Source: Dehalococcoidia bacterium
Lineage (GTDB): Bacteria > Chloroflexota > Dehalococcoidia > SHYD01
Length of the DNA: 64,000 nucleotides
NCBI GenBank assembly: GCA_965261835.1
Contig: OZ253478.1
Span: 2,337,267-2,401,266, forward strand
Direction of reading: 5' to 3'
A model generated the notes under the pieces. The model did not search any database. It was not told where the DNA came from and saw only the letters and a program-made list of their open reading frames with translations. The position numbers and the translations under genes are program-made. Positions 57,359 to 64,000 of this stretch are shown piece by piece (position 1 is the stretch's first letter; each line of letters begins with the position of its first letter).

Positions 57359-58099
57359 ATGGAGATACGTTTGGATGATAAAGTTGCCGTCATTACCGGA
57401 GGCGGAGGAGGCTTCGGGCAAGCCTTTTCTACCGCGTTCGCACAGTCGGGCGCCATCGTATGTCCGGTAGACGTCAACCTGTCCCTCGCTGAGTCGGTGG
57501 CAGCATCGCTGCGTGATTCCGGCAGTCGTGCTCAGGCCTATCAGCTGGACGTCACCAACAGCGCCGCCATTGAACGAACCTTCAACCAAGTTTCGCAGCA
57601 GTTCGGCGGCGTCGACATCCTCATTAACATTGCCGGCGACAACTCACGGTTCCCGCTGATGGACCTGCCGGAACAAGAATGGGACCGGTTGATGGACCTG
57701 AACCTCAAGAGCGTCTTCCTATGCTGTAAGGCAGTGCTACCGCACCTGATGCGCCGTGGTGGCGGCCGCATCATCAACATGGCGTCACACATCGCTATCC
57801 CAGGGCGGGCCTTACAATCACACTACGCCGCATCCAAAGCGGGCATCATCGCCCTTACCAGTTCGCTGGCCCAGGAAATGGTGCCGCACCGCATTACGGT
57901 GAACGGTTTTGCCCCCGGTAGCACGGAATCCCCCATGTGGATAAGGGGCCTCACCCCCGTGGAGCAAGAAGACCGGAAACGCTCCGGCCGGGTGGGACAG
58001 CCGAGCGACCTCGCGCCGGTAGCGGTCTTTCTAGCCTCCGAGTACGGCTATCACGTCACTGGCCACATCGTGGCGCGGGACCACTACATGCCTCGATAG
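57359..58099 (+). CDS. short-chain dehydrogenase/reductase (SDR)
   Basis: CAGGAG SD then ATG 57359; TGGGGGFG cofactor motif, NIAG, catalytic YxxxK (YAASK). Confidence 0.85.
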   Translation: MEIRLDDKVAVITGGGGGFGQAFSTAFAQSGAIVCPVDVNLSLAESVAASLRDSGSRAQAYQLDVTNSAAIERTFNQVSQQFGGVDILINIAGDNSRFPLMDLPEQEWDRLMDLNLKSVFLCCKAVLPHLMRRGGGRIINMASHIAIPGRALQSHYAASKAGIIALTSSLAQEMVPHRITVNGFAPGSTESPMWIRGLTPVEQEDRKRSGRVGQPSDLAPVAVFLASEYGYHVTGHIVARDHYMPR

Positions 58100-58115
58100 T
58101 GTGCTCAACCCGCCA

Positions 58116-59480
58116 CTACCCGGATGGGTTAGGAGCAGTCGCAAATGCTGGCGGCGTGGGCCTGCGGGCAAGCAGGAAACACCCCCCGGCAACGTAGCTG
58201 AACACCGCAAACAGTCCGAAGATAAACGTATAGCTGCCCGTTGTGTCGTAAAGGAAGGCGGCAACCAGCGGCCCACCCGCCATAGCCGGGGTGGTAATGA
58301 GGGTCGAATACCCTACCAGCGTGCCCACGGCCCTTCTGCCAAAATAGTCTGGCCACACCTGTGCTTGTAGCTGCGCTGCTCCACCGATGGCCAACCCAAG
58401 TATCAGTACTACCAAGAAGAGCGCGAGGCCTTGGGTTAATACCAGCGCCACAATCCCCGTGCCGTACACAAACGCAAACGCCACCAGCGCCCATTGGACG
58501 CCTACTTTGGCCAGCACCGCGGCCCAAACCAGACGGCCACTGAGGGCCCCAAAAGCGTACATGCTTAGGGCAGCGGCGGCCTCAGGAGCCGACAGCCCTC
58601 TGTCCTGAAAGTACGCCACCATGTGGATGTATATGGAGGCCCCTGGAGCAGACACCAAGAACACCCCGGCGGCAACCGCCCAGAATTCCCGGGTGCGCAG
58701 GGCCGCCCGCGCCGTCCACTCCGGTTCGGCCCGTACTGCGGTTGCCGGCGGTGCGACATCGAGCGGGGTCCCAGGCGCTTGCAGGGTGTCTCCGTCTGGT
58801 AATAGCCCCTCATCCTCCGGCCGTTTCCTAAGGGCGAGCCACGAAATCGGCACTAAGACTAGAAAATGGAGGAGTCCCATAACCACCCACACGGCCCGCC
58901 AGCCCTGCACGCCAGTCAATATCGCCAGCGGGGGCACTAGGAACAGGCCCGCCAGCGCCCGACCGATGCTATAGGTGGCAAAGGCGGCCGGCCGCATTCG
59001 CACAAACCAGTTGGCGATTGCAGTACGTGGGCCCACCGTGTCCAATGCAGGCCGGCTCGCAGCGTCTAGCAAGCCCAAGAGGAGATAGTACTGCAGTGGC
59101 GAGTTCATCCGGGAGACGAGCAGGAATGCCACACCGCTCACGGCGGCTCCCGCGGTGGTCAATACTCTAGAACCGTACCGGTCTACCAGCAGGCCAGTGG
59201 GCGCGGCCAATAGACCAGACACGATTGCCGTCATGGTGATCACGCCCACTAGGGTGGTGCGGCTCCAACCCAAGTCCGCTTCCATGGGCTTGATGAGCAC
59301 GCTGAACACAAAGGAGGTTGCGCCACCGTTTATGACCAGCGCCAGCAGGCCCGCCAGGACGATCCACCAACCACGGAAAATTCTGCGGGGATGCGGTAAA
59401 CGAGCAGGAACAGGCAACGCGGTTACGGCTGAGCGGTTACGGTTGCGCGGCCACGGAGTTCGCTTCCTCCGCCTCGGCAT
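58116..59480 (-). CDS. MFS transporter
   Basis: 12 TM; motif VDRYGSR; true start probably internal to avoid overlap with upstream gene. Confidence 0.7.
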   Translation of the reverse strand: MPRRRKRTPWPRNRNRSAVTALPVPARLPHPRRIFRGWWIVLAGLLALVINGGATSFVFSVLIKPMEADLGWSRTTLVGVITMTAIVSGLLAAPTGLLVDRYGSRVLTTAGAAVSGVAFLLVSRMNSPLQYYLLLGLLDAASRPALDTVGPRTAIANWFVRMRPAAFATYSIGRALAGLFLVPPLAILTGVQGWRAVWVVMGLLHFLVLVPISWLALRKRPEDEGLLPDGDTLQAPGTPLDVAPPATAVRAEPEWTARAALRTREFWAVAAGVFLVSAPGASIYIHMVAYFQDRGLSAPEAAAALSMYAFGALSGRLVWAAVLAKVGVQWALVAFAFVYGTGIVALVLTQGLALFLVVLILGLAIGGAAQLQAQVWPDYFGRRAVGTLVGYSTLITTPAMAGGPLVAAFLYDTTGSYTFIFGLFAVFSYVAGGCFLLARRPTPPAFATAPNPSG

Positions 59481-60696
59481 TCTTGGTCACGTGATAATTC
59501 CACAACGCCGGCACTTTGGCTGCAATGACCCCAAGCACTAGGAGGCATCCAACGCCGCCGCTCACCACGGAAAACGTCGCGTTGGTAACCGCGGCCACCA
59601 AACCGGACTCCATACCGCCCAAATGGTTGGACGCACCGATGAATATCATGTTCACCGAGCTCACCCGCCCCCTCAAGGCATCGGGAGTGGCCAATTGGAT
59701 CGTGACTTGCCGCATCACCGCACTCACCTGATCAATGGCCCCCACCAAACCATAGGCTAACATCGAGAACCAGAAGTTTGTGGAGAGCCCAAAAATGATG
59801 GTGAACACTCCGAAACCACCCACCGCAAACAGTATTGCTCGGCCCGTGTGCTGAATCTGCGGAATGAACAGGATTGCAAAGGCGGAAAGAAAGGCGCCCC
59901 ACGCCAAGGCGGAAGCAAGCAGGCCATAGCCCTCCGGACCTACTTTTAGGATGTCCTGGGCATAGATAGGCAACATGGCCTGAGCGCTGCCCAACATCAC
60001 TGCGAACATATCCAGTGTCATGATGCCCCACAGGACAGAGCGCTGCTTCACAAACCGCATACCCTCCTTAATGAGCGCAAGGGTTACTCTGCCGCGCGCC
60101 ACCGCGCCGTATTTCGTCTCCACGGGGATCAACGCACACACGCTGCAGACCATCAGCAACACATGTAGCAGATAGGTACCGCCCATCCCCACGCTGGCAA
60201 TGGCCACTCCCGCCAATGCGGGGCCAAGCGCAAGAGAAAGTTGCTGGATGGTAGTGCTGCTAGTAACCGCTTTACCGAACACCTCTCTAGGCACGATCTG
60301 AGGTAGCAGCGCCTGCCTTGCCGGGTTCTCGAAAGAGTTTGCTAGGCCAATCATCACAACATTCAAGTAAATGAACGGCGTGTTGACGAGATTAGTGTAG
60401 GTAAGGACGGCCAAAAGCAGGGAGAAAAGAATCGGGAGCACTTGCGCAGCAATGATGACCTTGCGGCGGTCATAGGTATCAGCTATCGCGCCGCCTAACA
60501 GGCTCACTGCTAACGCGGGGACAAAACGCGCCACTCCCAGCAAGCCCAACTGGAGCGCTGAACCGGTCAGCGAATAAACCTGCCACGCAATCAGCGCCTG
60601 ATGCAGGGTATTGCCATTCCCCGACAGAAAACGGCTGCCGCTGTATAAGATGAAGCTGCGTTCGCGTAGGCTCGCTAGCGATGTTAGTTCGTACAA
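59437..60696 (-). CDS. MFS transporter
   Basis: 419 aa; motif ADTYDRRK; 12 TM. Confidence 0.75.
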   Translation of the reverse strand: MYELTSLASLRERSFILYSGSRFLSGNGNTLHQALIAWQVYSLTGSALQLGLLGVARFVPALAVSLLGGAIADTYDRRKVIIAAQVLPILFSLLLAVLTYTNLVNTPFIYLNVVMIGLANSFENPARQALLPQIVPREVFGKAVTSSTTIQQLSLALGPALAGVAIASVGMGGTYLLHVLLMVCSVCALIPVETKYGAVARGRVTLALIKEGMRFVKQRSVLWGIMTLDMFAVMLGSAQAMLPIYAQDILKVGPEGYGLLASALAWGAFLSAFAILFIPQIQHTGRAILFAVGGFGVFTIIFGLSTNFWFSMLAYGLVGAIDQVSAVMRQVTIQLATPDALRGRVSSVNMIFIGASNHLGGMESGLVAAVTNATFSVVSGGVGCLLVLGVIAAKVPALWNYHVTKNAEAEEANSVAAQP

Positions 60697-60922
60697 TAAT
60701 GCTCTGTAAGCGAAAGGAAGTCATCGGCCGATCGGCCGATCGGCGTGGTGTTCTCCCTGCACGGGCGGCGGAGACAATAGGGCTTCATTGTACTCTATCG
60801 TAGTGAGCGTGTGCTACACGGGTGCGTTTGCTATTGCGTGCCTGCCCGCCGGTTATGTTACCATCGGTGCGCCCGTGCGCCCGGTGCGCCGCTTACCCAA
60901 GCACAGAAACTGCGGAGACACC

Positions 60923-61966
60923 ATGAACATTGGACTTGGATTAGACCATGGCCTCCAGCTCTCCCGGCCCGAACAGCGGGCGGTTGTGCAGGAAGCCGCG
61001 CAATTGGGCTACACCCACGTATTCACTAACCAGAGTGCGGTTGGCCAAGACGCATTCCAGATCTGCGCCCAGTGGTGGGCAGCCAGCGCTGAGGTAACGG
61101 ACGGCGGCGTCACCACCGGGATTTCGGTGGTCCCGGCGCCGGTGTGGACCGCCTTGCCTCTGGCCAGCGTAGCCGGTAGCGTCTCCGATTTCACCGGGGG
61201 GCGTTTCATCCTGGGCATCGGCAGCGGCATGATCTACAGCCCGAACTTCCGAAAAAGTTATGGTCTCCCCGAGCGGCCCGCGATAGGGGTCATGCGTGAC
61301 TACCTCCTGACACTCCGTGCGCTGCTGGCTGGCGAGAAGGTCACCCATGACGGCCCGGCGGTCTCGCTTAACAATGTACAACTGGCATTCAAGCCGCCCC
61401 ATACTCCGGTCTTCCTGGCAGCTATGGGACCTCAGATGCTTCATCTAGCAGGCGAATACGCCGATGGGGTAGCCCTCAACTGGTGCTCTGCCGAGCAGGC
61501 CGCATGGAGCCGAACGCTGATCGCGGAGGGCGCGGCCCGCACTGGCCGTGCGGGAGCAGACGTACAAGTGCTCTCTTACGTCCGCATGTGCGTCGATGAT
61601 GACGTCGATCTGGCCCGGCGCCAACTCGCCAAGGCTACCCTGGGCTACGCCCTCGCCCGTCCGGGCGCATCGAAAACCCACGGTTACCGCGGGCACTTCG
61701 CACGCATGGGATTCGACGAGGCGCTCACCAAGCTCGAAGCGCAGCGAGAGGACGGTGTTTCTGTAGACAAGCTGGCAGACGCCTTCCCCACTGATCTCCT
61801 CACGCAAGTGGGTTATTTTGGCCAGGCATCGGGGGCAGCTGCAGCGTTCCAACGGATGGCCGCACCCCTGGATATAGCCATTGTCCGCGTGGCCCCGGCA
61901 CGCCCCGGGGTGGAATCTGTGCGAGCGGTAATGCTTTCCTGTTCCACCGCACTCCAAACGGCATAA
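60923..61966 (+). CDS. LLM-class (luciferase-like) flavin/F420-dependent oxidoreductase
   Basis: GGAGACA SD then ATG 60923; TIM-barrel LLM signatures (GLGLDHG...FILGIGSG). Confidence 0.75.
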   Translation: MNIGLGLDHGLQLSRPEQRAVVQEAAQLGYTHVFTNQSAVGQDAFQICAQWWAASAEVTDGGVTTGISVVPAPVWTALPLASVAGSVSDFTGGRFILGIGSGMIYSPNFRKSYGLPERPAIGVMRDYLLTLRALLAGEKVTHDGPAVSLNNVQLAFKPPHTPVFLAAMGPQMLHLAGEYADGVALNWCSAEQAAWSRTLIAEGAARTGRAGADVQVLSYVRMCVDDDVDLARRQLAKATLGYALARPGASKTHGYRGHFARMGFDEALTKLEAQREDGVSVDKLADAFPTDLLTQVGYFGQASGAAAAFQRMAAPLDIAIVRVAPARPGVESVRAVMLSCSTALQTA

Positions 61967-61970
61967 CAAA

Positions 61971-61992
61971 GCGCCCCGGGGTTACGGGGCGC
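61971..61992 (+). terminator. hairpin GCGCCCCG-GGGTTA-CGGGGCGC after LLM gene
   Basis: 8-bp GC stem; followed by T-containing tract (TGGTTCTTACGG). Confidence 0.45.
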
Positions 61993-62043
61993 GCTATGCC
62001 TGGTTCTTACGGTCCTCGATTGGTGGTACCCCCGGGGTGACTC

Positions 62044-62119
62044 GAACACCCGACACACGGTTTAGGAAACCGTTGCTCTATCCTCTGAGCTACGGGGGCA
62101 CGCGCCTAGATAATAACAG
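62044..62119 (-). tRNA. tRNA-Arg (anticodon CCT)
   Basis: Manual fold of reverse complement: acceptor GCCCCCG/CGGGGGT, anticodon loop TTCCTAA, T-loop GGGTGTTCGAGTCACCC, CCA encoded. Confidence 0.85.
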
Positions 62120-62318
62120 CGCAGTGCGGATTGTGTAACGTAGCGTCGTAACCTCACTGCCTGTCACACTCGATTCGCTAAACCGCAATACATGCTATAC
62201 TTACTGCAGTGGTAACTGATCGGGCCCCGCGTGGCAGGCGACTTCGAGTTTCGAAAATTCCTCGGCTCCCCCGTATGCGCAACCGAACGTTCCCAACTTT
62301 CCCCAAAGGAGTCAGCGC

Positions 62319-62624
62319 TTGACTGACCAAAACCTTACGTGCCGAGATTGCGGCGCGCCGTTCGTATTCACCGTCTCGGAGCAGCAGTTCTTCGCAGAGA
62401 AGGGCTTTTCCAATGCGCCGAGCCGATGCACAACCTGCAGGGAAGCCCGCAAGGCTAACCGGGTCGAGGGCTACCGCAGCGGCCAGCGAGAGATGTTCCC
62501 TGCGGTGTGCGCTCAGTGCGGCAAGGATACCCAGGTACCCTTCCAGCCTCGGGGCGACCGGCCAGTTTACTGCTCGGATTGCTACAGCCCGCGGCCAAAG
62601 TCTTACGCATACGAGAACCGCTAA
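62319..62624 (+). CDS. small duplicated zinc-ribbon protein
   Basis: 101 aa with two CxxC...CxxC units (CRDCG...CTTCR and CAQCG...CSDCY) and conserved FxFTxxEQxFFxxKGF pattern. Confidence 0.55.
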   Translation: MTDQNLTCRDCGAPFVFTVSEQQFFAEKGFSNAPSRCTTCREARKANRVEGYRSGQREMFPAVCAQCGKDTQVPFQPRGDRPVYCSDCYSPRPKSYAYENR

Positions 62625-63126
62625 CCGCTCCTTCTCTAGCCAAGACAACAAGAAGAGTTCCCCGGCAGATTGCCGGGGAACTCTTCTTGTTGCTGACAAT
62701 TGCTTACCGCGAAGGCAGTTGGGAGGCTTCTGCCGTGCGGCGTTCAGACTGTGCGCCTGCCGGCGGCGCAATCCGCCACATCTGTGGAAGCTGCCGGACA
62801 AGTTGATCGCCGGGTGCCCATTCCCATAGATCGATCCGACTCCGGATCACAGTAGCGATTTGGTGGTACAGCGGAAGCGGGCCTTCTCGGTTGAGCTGCT
62901 CAGTCACGTGCAGCGCCTTTATCCTTTAGTAAGGTATATGAGTACCCACCGCAATATAACAGGGGGCAAACGGGACGCGAGCGCACAATGCAGTCCTGCC
63001 GACACGAGCTGTTGGCAATAGTAGCCCCTTGTAGCCTTTTCTTGCAGACGGCGCACCCGTTACACTAGCTGTGTAACGTTCATTCGAATCGCATGATTCG
63101 CACGATTCACCTCTCAGGAGTCGTCC

Positions 63127-64000
63127 GTGTTCAAAGCTCCTCGGGGCACCGCAGACGTGCTCCCCAACGACCAACCCTACTGGCACCACATCGTGCAACA
63201 CGCCGAGGCGCTTTGCCACCGTTACGGCTACCAACGTATCGACACGCCATTGTTTGAAGAGTCCGGCCTGTTCCAGCGCAGCATCGGTGAAGGCACGGAC
63301 ATTGTGGAGAAAGAGACGTACACGTTCGAGGACCGCAGCGCGGACCTGCTGACGCTTCGGCCGGAGGGTACCGCTCCTGTTTGCCGATCGTATCTTGAGC
63401 ACGGGATGCACAACCTGCCTCAACCTGTAAAGCTCTACTACATTGCGCCGTCCTTCCGTTACGAACGCCCACAGGCTGGACGCTATCGGCAGTTCCACCA
63501 GTTCGGCTACGAAGCCCTGGGAGAGCTGGATCCCGCATTGGACGCCGAAGTTGTCACCATGGCATGGCAGTTCTACCAGGATCTAGGCATCGGCGGCCTG
63601 ACCGTCTTACTAAACAGCATTGGTGATAGCACCTGCCGGCCGGGATTCATCAGCGCACTGGCCACTTATTACCAGCCGCTGGCAGATCGCATTTGCCGGG
63701 ACTGCCAGGTGCGCCTGGTAAAGAACCCGCTGAGGCTCCTGGACTGCAAACAGGGGCAGTGTCAATCCATCATTCAGGGTGCGCCGCACATCAGTGACCA
63801 CCTGTGCCAGACATGCCGCGAGCATTTCAGTGCGGTACGGAGCTATCTGGATGCCGTGGCGGTACCCTACGCCATAGAGCACCGATTGGTGCGGGGACTG
63901 GACTACTACACCAAGACGGTCTTTGAGGTGGTCCCCACCGACGCCGGCGCACAGGGCACGGTTGGCGCCGGTGGCCGCTACGACGGCCTCATTGAAGAGC
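63127..64000 (+). CDS. hisS: histidine--tRNA ligase (N-terminal part, continues beyond window)
   Basis: CAGGAG SD then GTG; class II aaRS motif 1/2 regions (FRPEGTAPVCRSY, RYRQFHQFG); frame open to window end. Confidence 0.9.
   Translation, partial: MFKAPRGTADVLPNDQPYWHHIVQHAEALCHRYGYQRIDTPLFEESGLFQRSIGEGTDIVEKETYTFEDRSADLLTLRPEGTAPVCRSYLEHGMHNLPQPVKLYYIAPSFRYERPQAGRYRQFHQFGYEALGELDPALDAEVVTMAWQFYQDLGIGGLTVLLNSIGDSTCRPGFISALATYYQPLADRICRDCQVRLVKNPLRLLDCKQGQCQSIIQGAPHISDHLCQTCREHFSAVRSYLDAVAVPYAIEHRLVRGLDYYTKTVFEVVPTDAGAQGTVGAGGRYDGLIEE

Overview
High-GC (~65%) bacterial chromosomal segment, mostly housekeeping and catabolic genes with four tRNAs and at least two accessory-looking blocks; gene content suggests a Chloroflexi-like thermophile, but I cannot assign a taxon. 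Core metabolism, left to right: a glycine cleavage operon (gcvT, an embedded orotate-PRTase-like gene, gcvH, gcvPA, gcvPB), XerC/D recombinase, enolase, purF, purH, a GT2 glycosyltransferase, a fused EtfB-EtfA flavoprotein, a D-Ala-D-Ala carboxypeptidase lipoprotein, MetE-like and OsmC proteins, two tandem acyl-CoA dehydrogenases, a coxM-S-L-type molybdo-dehydrogenase, a MazG fusion, and a partial hisS at the end. Three regions stand out. (1) A tight 5-gene minus-strand operon at 19.0-24.2 kb: a ComA-like phosphosulfolactate synthase, two aspartase/fumarase-superfamily lyases (ArgH-like and PcaB/ASL-like), a 295-aa unknown protein and a CMD/AhpD-like protein. It parallels the bacterial coenzyme M (sulfonate) biosynthesis genes xcbB1/C1/D1 and sits next to a CcoN-CcoO-only heme-copper oxidase. 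(2) A defence-like island at 31.8-37.9 kb: a 1349-aa single-chain MmeI-like type IIG/IIL restriction-modification enzyme (HsdR-N-like PD-(D/E)xK nuclease domain plus N6-adenine MTase motifs DPAMGSGHFL/NPPW). It is followed by two ~155-bp, ~95% identical long-palindrome (MITE/REP-like) direct repeats bracketing a lower-GC small membrane-protein gene, then a lower-GC putative Abi/HEPN-like gene. (3) A tRNA-bounded catabolic block at 50.0-62.1 kb, lying between tRNA-Pro and tRNA-Arg(CCT). It holds three tandem paralogous LigB/GalA-type class III extradiol dioxygenases, an RraA/LigK-like aldolase, four MFS transporters in two tandem pairs, an SDR and an LLM oxidoreductase. No CRISPR array, integrase, transposase or phage structural gene was recognised. 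Many long antisense ORFs in the six-frame track are high-GC artefacts and were not called.
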